Below, piece by piece: positions 47,901-57,373 of a stretch of 64,000 bases of DNA. A program made the translations under genes and the position numbers. Position 1 is the first letter of the stretch; every line of letters starts with the position of its first letter. The notes beneath the pieces are model-generated. The model was not told where the DNA came from and did no database searches. It worked only from the letters and a program-made list of their open reading frames with translations. Origin of the DNA: Bacteroidota bacterium (lineage in GTDB: Bacteria; Bacteroidota; Bacteroidia; UBA7662; JAIXUI01); contig JAIXUI010000124.1 of assembly GCA_027484125.1 (NCBI GenBank), positions 10,254 through 74,253 of the forward strand, given 5' to 3'.

Positions 47901-50900
47901 GATTCTGTTTCCTTGAATTCTTACATAACCGGCACCGGTATTATGAAGAATCGTTCGACTAATTGCATTACCTGAGGTAACAATGGTAGCAGGACCAGAA
48001 CTAGTTCCAATAATATTGGGCTGCGCAATAGAACCAATCACTACCGAAGAAGCACCAAGGTGAGAAATCGCACGGAAAGCAGCAGTAGTACCGGTATTGG
48101 TAATACTTACATTACGAATTTCATTGCCTAGTACACGAATCGTGTCGGTTGTTGCTGGACTATTTAGGATTATTCCTGTCCAGATAACGTTTCCAGCATT
48201 CACCCAAGGAGTACCACCTGCATTGACCGAAGAACCGCCAATGATGTTCCCAATAACTTGGTGGGCCGAAGCACCCGCGATGTTAATTCCTGATTGGGCA
48301 GTAGTTGGAGAAATAGCTTGGTTATCATAAATGCTATTCCCTGAAATTACCCAGTTATCTCCAGTTCCAGCAGCACTCAATAAAACACCATTGGATGAAA
48401 AGTTTGCCAATTGATTGTTTACAATTTGGTTGCTCGAATTAGGTGCTGATAAACTTCCAAGAGAGTTAATCAAATTTGCAGGTGTAGCAACAGGGCTTGA
48501 AAGGTTGGTTATCAAGCAATTGCTGACAATGTTATTGTTATTACCAACAGAGCCAACAGAAGTAGTTCCAAATAGAATTACCCCACTTGCGGTTGAAGTT
48601 ACCGCTCCTTCAATGGTACAATGAGTAATTGTATCGAGGTTGGCATTGTTAATCAATGATATGGTTGAACCAGAAGTATTGGTATTTCTGAATACCAAGT
48701 TGTTACTAGTATGACCAAATCTGCCATCAAACTTCACTCTACTTACTCCATCCAGACGAATCAGGGCAGAGGATGTAGCGCCACTAAGCACTTTTGGAGT
48801 ACTGTTGTTTGAACGGAACACAACGCTGAAATTAGAGCCAGAAGGACTGAACGATAGCGCATTTAGAGCAACTGTTCCAGGCTCTGTAGTATTCTGACGA
48901 ATTTCTACTGTTACATTCCCAACAATCACATTGGTATTAAGATAATTAAACACTCCTGTTGGACCTGTTAAATCTTGGAAATGACCAGGACCTACAATTA
49001 CGGTTCCTGAAATAACTGTTGCAATTGTGAAAAAAGATGGTGTTGAAGGTGCAGAAGTTATTGACGACACGCTACTTGCAGCAAATCCGGCAGGTGGGAA
49101 AGCTGATACGTTAGTCGGAACATTTAAATCCTGAGCAGCGTAGAAGTACTGTACTGTTTTTCCTGCAATCACCCCACCGAACAACCTAGTTAAATCAAGG
49201 GTAAAACTAAATGGATTAGAAGTGTTTGATGCTTCCACAAATTTCCAACCACTAAACGCAGAAGTGTTCGCACCAAACACATTGGCATCGTCACTGTATT
49301 TGAAATAAATTCTGGGACGATTAACCACTGAATCTAAACCCAATCCATCATCTGTGATAGTAACTGCCGAAGGCAGCACATAAGAGTTTATCGGAAGGGT
49401 ATTGGGGATCTCATAGTTTACAATAACCGGCTTAATCGCATCTTGGATGTTGTGATAAGCTCCAATACTAGTTGGGTTAACACGAACATTACCCGCAAAA
49501 TCTTCGGTAATACTTGGGATAAACATAGCGGCTCCAGCAGCTGGAGAGCCTGTGCTAGGCGCTAAAACAGTTGACGAGTTAAACAATGGGTCTGCTATCA
49601 AGGAAGAAGACTCTTGAGTAGTGGTATAGGCTGCCTGCAAATCAGATAGAATATTCGAATGAGCAATGGAAGTAGAGAATGTAGTTACCACACCAAAATT
49701 TCTCATTTGAGAGGAAGCACCAATGTGGTAAATGTTATTGTTTGCTACACCAGTTCCGATGTTAAATCCGGCTGGAATTTGAATGGCATTGTGGTTCAAA
49801 GTACCGGTGTTGCTGGTAAAGTCAACCGAGATGGCGTTGTTCACCATTACCAGATTAACTACCGAGGTTGAGGAGATTCTCAAACCAGTACTTGGGATTG
49901 CAGTCGCAGTTGAGGAACCTGGATCCAAGTCACCGGAAAGGTTGATGGCGTTGAAAGCAACGGTATCACCACTAGAAGCGGCTAATCCGATTCCTACTGT
50001 TTGATCACTTCCAGTACCATTAGAACGTAAACCATAAATGACGTTGTTAACGATTCTGTTGTTAGAAGGATTTGCGTTGGTACCCACTGCAATCCCTACT
50101 GCAGAGAATAGTCTTTCGTCCACTACATTATAAATCTCGTTGCGAGAAATGTCTGCGTTAGCAACAAAGGTTGACGTCGGAGTCCATACTGCATCTGTTC
50201 CTAAAGCAATGGCCACACGGTCAGTACCGGAAGTAGTGGTTGCGAAGGTTCCACCAATATGACGGAAGACATTCTGACGAACAACCGGACGATTCTGGTT
50301 GAGCAACACAATTCCACCTTTAACTAATTGGTCTGTGCCAAAAGCATCAGGACCAAATGTACAATTGGTTACTACTAGTCTTTCGTTTGGATTACCTGCG
50401 CTGTTACCATTGGCAAATAAGCCGTAACGCGCTTTTGTAAATAAACAGTTATCGACAGTGATAGAGTCATTATCTGAGCCGGTAGAGCCAATAGTTACAG
50501 CAGAACCACCGATTAACAAACCAAATGTGGTTACCGTTGAAACAGAGGCATCTATACCAGTAGCAAAACTCACATTCTTGATGGTGATGTTATTGCTACC
50601 ATTCGTATTGGAGATGATCTGCATGGCTGCTGATGCAGCAACAGTAGAGTTATTGACCACATTTAAATAACGTCCACTATTTCCAGGCACTTCACCAGTC
50701 AAGGTTACGTAATCAGCACCGTCAAACTTAATCAAGGAACCTGTTAGTGAACCGGTGATATTCTTAACGGTTGGCGTGCTAGTAGAAATGGTGATGGTGT
50801 AAGTACTTGCAGGATTGTCTTTGGTAATTTGGTTCAAAGACACTGCACCGGTTTCTGTAAGGTCACTCAAGATATTAAGCGTGACATGACTTGAAACAAT

Positions 50901-53900
50901 ACTTCCATTAATGATATCAAATGCTCCTGCCATACCGGTTAATGAGGTAACCATTCCACCTGTTCCTACTGTTATTACAGATGGAAGTGTTTTTACGATT
51001 ACATAGCCGTCAGGAGTTGTTGGAGCTGATACTTGCGTATTAACATTTGTATGAGCAGCACCTACGGATGGAGAGATTCCCAAATTTGGAATGACTGCTT
51101 GATCCTGTGCAACCACATAGTATTGAATGATGTCAGAAAGTGCGGGGTTAAGTCCAGTAGCAGCAAGATCGATGGTAAAGTTCCATGTTCCGCTGTTACC
51201 GTTCCCACTAACTAAGCTACCCTGAGTACTGTACCAAGTATTACCTACGGAAAGATTGCGGAACCAAATCCTTGGTCTGAGGGGTCCTGTAGTAGGAATT
51301 CCGCTGATTGGATCCGAAATAGATGCGGTTAAAACGAGGTTATTGGTGGTTGATGTATCATTTAATGGGGTGTAGCTAATAAGAGGCGCATTTAAATCAA
51401 GAGGCACAAAGTTTCCTGCATAAGCGCCTAAATCAACTGGGGAGAGCGTAGAACGATCATTACCATTAATGTCTATTGCTACTTGACCCGTTATGCTTGA
51501 AACTGAGTTACCAGATAATTCTATTGGTGTTGGATTATTCAATGATAGACTCAGACTACTCACCGCTGATGATGGAGAAACGAAGTTTGGAGAGGCAGAA
51601 ATGCTATTCGTGTTATTCCCAGGCATCGCTGCTATTAAAGAAGCTAAGCTATTGAGCGTATCCGTACCCGTGTTGATTGACGCTAACGCACCACCATTGC
51701 CCGGAGCAAAGTACAGGTTATTGTCGGTTAAGTTAGTGGCTGTTGTGTTCAACACAAAACTAAAGTGACGTCCACCAGAAGTAGCGTTTGAACGAGCATT
51801 TACGAAAATGTTGTTCAGAATTGAGTCGGCAGGGCCGGCTGAAGTTCTGCGGAACGCGAAGGTATTGGTTGCCGTTGTTTCAGTAACGTTACCACCGAGG
51901 TAAACACTGTTATGGAAATAAGCGTGTGTGGTAGTATTGGCTTTCAAAATACCATTAACCGCTTTAGATGAAGCTACTGAAGCACCAGTGGAGTCGAATC
52001 CAAGGACTACTTCATTGTTAGTCACCAATTGAGGACCAGCAACCAAGTGAATACCAATCATCGCTGCTGTAGCCGAGGTAGAAGCATTGTTCAAGCTGTG
52101 AACTTTGTTACCTGAGATGGTACCTCTGATTCCAGTCGCGCTATTGGATGCTAAGATACCGCTTACAAAGGTGGTAGCTGAAGCAGAATTAACCGTAAGC
52201 GAGCGAACTACGTTGTTGGAAATATTAAACGTACTAGCAGCATTGGTAGAGCTATTGAAAATACCACTCAATGCCATGGTGGTAGTAGTTCCTGTTGTAG
52301 CAGCTGAGCTAGTCAAGTGCTGTACCAAGTTTCCAGTCACATTCACATTGGGTGTAGTTGTACCTGAAATGTTGATACCACGAGTAGAACTGCTAGTGCT
52401 AGTAGATGTTGTATTATTCAAAATACCGGAAATGGTATTGTTGGTAATATGAACCGTTACTCCTGTGGTAACAGTAGTCATAGAAACATTAATACCATTT
52501 AAGGCCATGATATTGGTAGAACCACTGTTGTTGGCAATTGAGCTAACATTGGATACACTACCGATGGTATTGCCAGAGATGGTGAGGTCGGAAACTAAAG
52601 CAGGAGCTCCCCCAATCATATTCATAGTAAGAATAAGCGAAGTGGAGAACGGAGTTACTTCAATGTTGCGAATGGTATTTCCACTAACGGTACCACCATT
52701 TACAGATCCAGCAATAATGTGCGTTATCGTAGAACCTGGAGTAGTACTTGGTGGAGTTAACGTAATGTTTCGAACCGTGTTATTCAGCACACTAATGATA
52801 CCTGTGTTAACATTGATCGCTCCCCAGAAAGTAGTTCCGGAGTTTGGAGCCTGATAATTAATGTTAGCAATGGTATTTCCAGTAATGGTATTGGCAGAAG
52901 AAGTACCACCCTGGTTATAGATCATATAAGCAGTAACATTATTGGTGGTTCCACCATCAATTACCATGGGAGTTCCAGCGCAATTCGGAGCAGTACCTCC
53001 AATGAAGTTGTTGCTGATGATGTTACCAACTGCAGCAGTTGACTGGATGAAAATACCAGAAACGGTAGAAGTTGTAGCTCCACCTGTAGGAGTAAATCCT
53101 GCTTCGTTGAAGATGGAGTTTCCGGAAATGGTATTACCGGCATCACCACCTAAAATAGCAACTCCTGCACTGATTTGTGCGTTACGGAAATAGTTCTTAA
53201 TGATGTTATTGGAAATTACGTTGCCATTGTTTTCTAAACCCGCTGTAAGGTTTCCTGAGAAATACACAGGATAGAAAGGCATACGTGCATCAACACCAGT
53301 AGCATCAGTAATCATACAGTTAGAAACGGTGTTGCTATCGTTTCCGGATACTAATGCATTGGATGCAAAGGTTACCGTACCACTGGAAGCGGTTTGGTTG
53401 TTTCCTTCAATGTTTAGGTAAGTAATCGTGTTTTTCGTAGCATCATTACGGAACAAGAAGGTTGGAACATTGTTGGAATTGGTTTCCATATCGAAAGTCC
53501 ATTCACGGATTCCGGTAGGAGTACCCGCAATATCACGTCCCTGTCCATCAATGGTTAAACGATCAACACCACCCAACAATACCAAAGCAGTAGTTGGAGC
53601 ATTTAAACCGTTAGCGGTAGTTACACCGGTTACGCCATTTGCGAGGCGAATGGTCACGTTGTAGTTAGCACCTGATGGGCTTGTTGAAACAGCAGAGAAA
53701 GTAATGGGGAAAACCTCAGTGGTTCCATCATAGTCTGCCTGGATTTCATAAACTACATCACCTTGAACAAGTTTACTACCTAGCTCAGCGGTGATATCAG
53801 TCAAGTTTTTACGCGTTTGAGAAGCGCCTACAGGATAAGTTCCGGCAGCGAGAAATTCAGGAGCGACACCTGCAACAAAGAATCCATTAATGTTAGAAAC

Positions 53901-56900
53901 TGGGTCTCCAATTACACCGAATCCATCTAAACCGCCGTCAATCGGAGAATAACTTCCGGTAAGCGTGGTAGAGAAACCAAGACGATTAGATGCAGTGAAA
54001 GTGGTAGGAACAAAATCGGATATTTTAACGCGAGCATTGATAAAGTTAGCGCCTCCACTGATGATGGCTGATCTCCAGTAGTTATCGTTATTGATGGAAA
54101 CAAATGTTCCACCTGAGGTACCGCCAGTAGCACCATCCAATGCTTCTGCTTCTACTACAACCGGTCCACCGGCATTGGTAGTCACTTCTTTGTATTCAAT
54201 AGGAAGATACTGCGTTGAGGTACCAATTGGGAGTGGGAAGTTTCTTGTACCTGATAAAGAGGCTTGGAGCTCCACTCGCATGGGCCCACGAACATAACCA
54301 GAGTCTGAAGATCCTGCCAAATAAACCGCGTTGGTTGTATTGATTACCAATGGGTTTAATGCAGAAGTAATAATCTGTCCTCTGGTAAACTGCAAGGAGT
54401 CGGTAACAGTGAGCGCACCACCGGTTAAGGTCAGGTTGTTGGCACCAGTATTTACCGAAAGATAATGAACTGATCTGCTTGCAGGGATTTCATTACGGCC
54501 ACCAAGGTTTTGACTGCTGGCTTCGCGGATATAACTCAATGTATATTTTCCGGTACCTAAGTTGAAAGTTGGAGTTGCATCGAAACCTCCTACGTCAACG
54601 GTTCCTGACGCTTGACCGAATTGAACAGTTGCGTTAGCAGAGCCATTACCGAGGGTGATTTTTCCTGCATTGGAAAATCCACCAGTACCAAAAAGATTAA
54701 CTCTGGTTGTGATAATGTTGTTGACTTGTCCTAAGTTGATTCCACCACCTGAGTTGCTAGATTCTAAACGAGCAAAAGGTGCCAAATTAGTTCCGAAAAT
54801 ACCGGCCCCTTCAACAGATTGAAGTACAACACCATTGAACAAGAAGCGGCAGTTTGCATTGCTGCTTACAATTTCACCATCGTTCACTAAAGACGCCCCG
54901 GAGAAATTCAGAAATACGCCAGAAGTGTTTGATGGATTATTTATGAGCGTTTTTCCTGCACCAACGTAAAGGTCTCCCGCGAATGTCGCAGTTGCATTTA
55001 CCGAAACAGTGTAATTATTAGCACCATTGATGCTAACATTAGGAAGCGTACCTTGAACAAGGAAATTCGTTCCGGCAACTGTGGTGTTATCACCAAGGTT
55101 CAGGGTCCACAAAGGGGTGCTTGTACCATTGGCAATGTATTCATGGAATTGAGTAGTTCCTGTGTTACGATTAACTATGGTAATTGTTCCGCCAGTTACG
55201 GTATAGTTGTTAGAAGTAGAGGTTAAACCAAAAGTTGCGGTTGCAGTACTGTTGTTTCCAACGGTAGCAAGGTTGATATTACCACCTGACATGGTTATGT
55301 TAGTGGCGTTTGCAGAAGCCATACGCCCTGAAATATTCAGAGTTCCACCACTCATGATAAAGTTGGAACCTGCACCAAAGCCAAGGGAGTTATTGATAGC
55401 TGTTCCAATGTTATAAGTTCCTTGAGAAATCCTTAAGGTACCATTACAAGAAGGTGAGCCATTTTGACCTGCCACTGTAAAATTGGGGTTATCCAACCAT
55501 AAACCTGCGTTTCCAGCTCCAGCTGTTCCTACTGAATAAGAAGCTGTTGTAAAAACCCTGGCTGTCATGGTGAATGTTCCAGCAATTCTTAAGGTACCAT
55601 TAGACAATGTTAAAAATGCCATTGGCGTTCCATCAACCGTGGTTTCTTGAACGGTTAAAACGGATGGATTGAGTGTAAGGGTAAAGGCAGAAGTGGTTCC
55701 TTTGTTCAAGGTTATTGTACGAATATCCGTGGTAGCACCTGAACCACCGAATGTATTGTTGGCTGCGCCGGTGAAGGTTAATCCAACTCCTGATGTAAAG
55801 GTAGAAGCTGTACGATGTAAGTCAAGAATACCATTATTGGTTAAATTTCCACCAATAGACAAACCATGACCTGTTCCGGTAACTGAAGGCGTTTGAGCTG
55901 CACGAAGGATACCACCAGCATTAATTAATACATGACGAGCAACCGTGAGCGCTCTTGCGGTTCCTGTGTTTTCATATTGAAGTGTTCCTTCAACAGTAAC
56001 AGCATTTACAGAAGAAGAAGTATTTAAAGTAACCGTGTGACCAGAAGCAATCACCACAGAATCTGTAGCGCCAGGAACTACACCACCAACCCAGGTAGCA
56101 GTTGCACTCCAGTTACCGGTTGCAGCTGAAACAATGGCTGAAGGACCATTAGTTGCGAATGAGTTAACAGGAGAAGGCGTACCTGTACCACCACCTTCAG
56201 TTCCACCGGAAACTCTTACGAATACAGTTGAACCTGGTACAAGGCCGGAAAGATTAAAGCTAGTAGCGTCTTGTGAAGCAGTTCCAGCGGTGGTCCAAGT
56301 TGACCCATCAGCGGAGGTTTCTATTAAATAAAAGGTCTCAGAAGCAATATCTGTCCAGCTTACTGTAGCAGTTGTTCCGGTAATGCTAGAAAAAGAAACT
56401 GCACCAACAGCAGAAGGTACAGTGATGCTTGGAGTAAAGAGTATAGACAATCTTGAACCTTCAGTTGGAGAATTCAAGGCAGTAATGGCTCCAGCAGTTG
56501 AAGAATTTACAAGTGTATTATTAACGGATGAAGCAGTAGTGGTTGTGTCGAATGCGGTCAAGTTGGTAAATGAAAGCATGCTTCCATCAGTGCTACCTGC
56601 CGTAAAACCTATTGAAGCAGAAACCGTGGCGGAAGCTGGCCCAATGGTCATCTTTCCATAGACGTACTCAAATTGGTTTGTTGTTTCGTAAAGCCTAATC
56701 TGAAATCGCCCATCACCTTCTGAAGCGCTGGTCGTAGAATTAGTTTGAATGTTCATATTGAACTCAATCACCTTACAACGGTTGGGCGCTGTACCCACGG
56801 TTACTTCCCTCATGGTAGGGCTACCGGAAAAACGATTAGCCCTTAAGTCATCCCAGAAAGCCGCTAAGATAGGGGCTTGATCTGTACCTGCTGGGGGATA

Positions 56901-57254
56901 AGCGAAAGTGGTTCTGGAAAGGTTATTGGCTGTTGAAGTTCCAACAGAAGAAGTTGGAGAGGTTGCTGTCAACAGACCAATTTGGCCATCCGTTCCAACG
57001 ATAAAATGGGTATAAACCCGTCCCATCATAGTGAAATTAAATCCAATGGATATAATTCCAGAGTTGGTGGTTGTATTCCCATTGGCTGTAAGGTTAGTAG
57101 CACCACTTACATCAATCGGATTACCATTCCTATCCTGAGTTAAACTCGACGAGCTCGTTCGAACTATGGCATAGTTCGATGCTCGCTGTGCCTGCGCCAC
57201 TGAGCTACAGAGTAGCATCAAGAGGCCTATCCAGACTAGTAGCCTTCTTTTCAT
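44964..57254 (-). CDS. giant (4096 aa) T9SS-secreted surface protein with FN3 and extensive parallel beta-helix repeats and type A C-terminal sorting domain
   Basis: Signal peptide MKRRLLVWIGLLMLLCSSVAQAQ. An FN3-like module (SFSSITGTTATVSWTD...). Hundreds of N/T/S/G-rich pectate-lyase-like beta-helix rungs (e.g. NNTISGILNN, NNIIGG). The C-terminus ...DILDLNGRLVNQVKSLNANGDLTESINLSEGVYLLKLSTTAGQFTIKLPVVK fits the Por_Secre_tail type A pattern. One uninterrupted 12,291-nt ORF. Confidence 0.8.
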   Translation of the reverse strand: MKRRLLVWIGLLMLLCSSVAQAQRASNYAIVRTSSSSLTQDRNGNPIDVSGATNLTANGNTTTNSGIISIGFNFTMMGRVYTHFIVGTDGQIGLLTATSPTSSVGTSTANNLSRTTFAYPPAGTDQAPILAAFWDDLRANRFSGSPTMREVTVGTAPNRCKVIEFNMNIQTNSTTSASEGDGRFQIRLYETTNQFEYVYGKMTIGPASATVSASIGFTAGSTDGSMLSFTNLTAFDTTTTASSVNNTLVNSSTAGAITALNSPTEGSRLSILFTPSITVPSAVGAVSFSSITGTTATVSWTDIASETFYLIETSADGSTWTTAGTASQDATSFNLSGLVPGSTVFVRVSGGTEGGGTGTPSPVNSFATNGPSAIVSAATGNWSATATWVGGVVPGATDSVVIASGHTVTLNTSSSVNAVTVEGTLQYENTGTARALTVARHVLINAGGILRAAQTPSVTGTGHGLSIGGNLTNNGILDLHRTASTFTSGVGLTFTGAANNTFGGSGATTDIRTITLNKGTTSAFTLTLNPSVLTVQETTVDGTPMAFLTLSNGTLRIAGTFTMTARVFTTASYSVGTAGAGNAGLWLDNPNFTVAGQNGSPSCNGTLRISQGTYNIGTAINNSLGFGAGSNFIMSGGTLNISGRMASANATNITMSGGNINLATVGNNSTATATFGLTSTSNNYTVTGGTITIVNRNTGTTQFHEYIANGTSTPLWTLNLGDNTTVAGTNFLVQGTLPNVSINGANNYTVSVNATATFAGDLYVGAGKTLINNPSNTSGVFLNFSGASLVNDGEIVSSNANCRFLFNGVVLQSVEGAGIFGTNLAPFARLESSNSGGGINLGQVNNIITTRVNLFGTGGFSNAGKITLGNGSANATVQFGQASGTVDVGGFDATPTFNLGTGKYTLSYIREASSQNLGGRNEIPASRSVHYLSVNTGANNLTLTGGALTVTDSLQFTRGQIITSALNPLVINTTNAVYLAGSSDSGYVRGPMRVELQASLSGTRNFPLPIGTSTQYLPIEYKEVTTNAGGPVVVEAEALDGATGGTSGGTFVSINNDNYWRSAIISGGANFINARVKISDFVPTTFTASNRLGFSTTLTGSYSPIDGGLDGFGVIGDPVSNINGFFVAGVAPEFLAAGTYPVGASQTRKNLTDITAELGSKLVQGDVVYEIQADYDGTTEVFPITFSAVSTSPSGANYNVTIRLANGVTGVTTANGLNAPTTALVLLGGVDRLTIDGQGRDIAGTPTGIREWTFDMETNSNNVPTFLFRNDATKNTITYLNIEGNNQTASSGTVTFASNALVSGNDSNTVSNCMITDATGVDARMPFYPVYFSGNLTAGLENNGNVISNNIIKNYFRNAQISAGVAILGGDAGNTISGNSIFNEAGFTPTGGATTSTVSGIFIQSTAAVGNIISNNFIGGTAPNCAGTPMVIDGGTTNNVTAYMIYNQGGTSSANTITGNTIANINYQAPNSGTTFWGAINVNTGIISVLNNTVRNITLTPPSTTPGSTITHIIAGSVNGGTVSGNTIRNIEVTPFSTSLILTMNMIGGAPALVSDLTISGNTIGSVSNVSSIANNSGSTNIMALNGINVSMTTVTTGVTVHITNNTISGILNNTTSTSTSSSTRGINISGTTTPNVNVTGNLVQHLTSSAATTGTTTTMALSGIFNSSTNAASTFNISNNVVRSLTVNSASATTFVSGILASNSATGIRGTISGNKVHSLNNASTSATAAMIGIHLVAGPQLVTNNEVVLGFDSTGASVASSKAVNGILKANTTTHAYFHNSVYLGGNVTETTATNTFAFRRTSAGPADSILNNIFVNARSNATSGGRHFSFVLNTTATNLTDNNLYFAPGNGGALASINTGTDTLNSLASLIAAMPGNNTNSISASPNFVSPSSAVSSLSLSLNNPTPIELSGNSVSSITGQVAIDINGNDRSTLSPVDLGAYAGNFVPLDLNAPLISYTPLNDTSTTNNLVLTASISDPISGIPTTGPLRPRIWFRNLSVGNTWYSTQGSLVSGNGNSGTWNFTIDLAATGLNPALSDIIQYYVVAQDQAVIPNLGISPSVGAAHTNVNTQVSAPTTPDGYVIVKTLPSVITVGTGGMVTSLTGMAGAFDIINGSIVSSHVTLNILSDLTETGAVSLNQITKDNPASTYTITISTSTPTVKNITGSLTGSLIKFDGADYVTLTGEVPGNSGRYLNVVNNSTVAASAAMQIISNTNGSNNITIKNVSFATGIDASVSTVTTFGLLIGGSAVTIGSTGSDNDSITVDNCLFTKARYGLFANGNSAGNPNERLVVTNCTFGPDAFGTDQLVKGGIVLLNQNRPVVRQNVFRHIGGTFATTTSGTDRVAIALGTDAVWTPTSTFVANADISRNEIYNVVDERLFSAVGIAVGTNANPSNNRIVNNVIYGLRSNGTGSDQTVGIGLAASSGDTVAFNAINLSGDLDPGSSTATAIPSTGLRISSTSVVNLVMVNNAISVDFTSNTGTLNHNAIQIPAGFNIGTGVANNNIYHIGASSQMRNFGVVTTFSTSIAHSNILSDLQAAYTTTQESSSLIADPLFNSSTVLAPSTGSPAAGAAMFIPSITEDFAGNVRVNPTSIGAYHNIQDAIKPVIVNYEIPNTLPINSYVLPSAVTITDDGLGLDSVVNRPRIYFKYSDDANVFGANTSAFSGWKFVEASNTSNPFSFTLDLTRLFGGVIAGKTVQYFYAAQDLNVPTNVSAFPPAGFAASSVSSITSAPSTPSFFTIATVISGTVIVGPGHFQDLTGPTGVFNYLNTNVIVGNVTVEIRQNTTEPGTVALNALSFSPSGSNFSVVFRSNNSTPKVLSGATSSALIRLDGVSRVKFDGRFGHTSNNLVFRNTNTSGSTISLINNANLDTITHCTIEGAVTSTASGVILFGTTSVGSVGNNNNIVSNCLITNLSSPVATPANLINSLGSLSAPNSSNQIVNNQLANFSSNGVLLSAAGTGDNWVISGNSIYDNQAISPTTAQSGINIAGASAHQVIGNIIGGSSVNAGGTPWVNAGNVIWTGIILNSPATTDTIRVLGNEIRNVSITNTGTTAAFRAISHLGASSVVIGSIAQPNIIGTSSGPATIVTSGNAISRTILHNTGAGYVRIQGNRIGFVLANGTGTTTQLQGIASLGTGITEILNNEVFNLTTTSTRVTFSDGTLAVQGIVAGTSASAGQLIVRGNRISDISLTTATNINGGASGIGIGIRGASMVVSGNTILGISNGTTGATSLTAGIYVRLTSGAAPLTIANNEISIGQGVTNNTRLSGIFYDGTAGTTVSTVQYNTIFVSGTGSGTLSSYAFHRSSTVTALPVNLRNNVFVNTRTGGSGRHFAIGNNLSTPATGWTSSDFNLLLAGDTTSIGEWGTTNRTLSQWRTSSSGDANSRTATIASLPSPLFPNAATGQLNFDHCIANNGGTPVAETGSINGVTRSTSAPDMGAYEYTPTLGVASAPVVSGPTNTYQGITGLSYTATGGGAGVTGYSWSYTGTGLTFTGGTAASVTASVSNSATSGEIRVAALNGCGAGTSTSLNLNVNPAIIWSGSAWINGTPGPATSLSSVVVQPGTSATLPDGSVIFDLVIRSGASATIPAATTSTLRGNLTNQGGSIQGTGTIIFDAFTGNAAVAGATTLYSGTVAVAAGTTLNIGTLILNDGANLMHGAGTPIGAGNVTGTVLLRRTGTTNPLMYQLWSSPMTSNNLSVVDGPDMYSFNAVTQSWGTVPATTQMIPGVGYAVTGSNSSAAGAPGTSQFSGTPNVGNVNVALVHNLGGSSWNLVGNPYPSALDGQAFLTANTSVNGAVYLWNTPFSTNPTGNNFSGSDYITFNMLSPAFNLGTAQGFFVEANVAGANASFTNGMRSSGANAFTRTANTVKRAYVRATNNHGDRNVTLVGFTQDATDGYDRLFDARKNKGNANIAFYSILGNRDLDIQGLEELTSNKVVPMGLDAGRAGSYTIALDQLDNMDASTGIFLQDLQTGATHNLRQSAYTFNVSAPAVIRNRFNLVFAPMTTSVDPQVVASQPQVSFSNGQLRVFGLGNATLQHIDILDLNGRLVNQVKSLNANGDLTESINLSEGVYLLKLSTTAGQFTIKLPVVK

Positions 57255-57373
57255 CGGTTAATTATTTGGGCATAAAAATAAAGCCCTGATTAATCCGATG
57301 TTAGCTTGTAGGAACCCGAAGTTCTAAATTTTGAGTTAATTAAGGTCTTACCTTATTTAGACATTTTGATAGA

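Noticed and set aside
45312-56661. More than 25 plus-strand ORFs (60-130 aa) inside the giant gene
   Set aside because: They are artefacts of the extremely biased ACC/GGT/AAC-rich composition of the 4096-aa minus-strand ORF. Their translations are P/V/A/L-rich low-complexity with no starts in sensible context.
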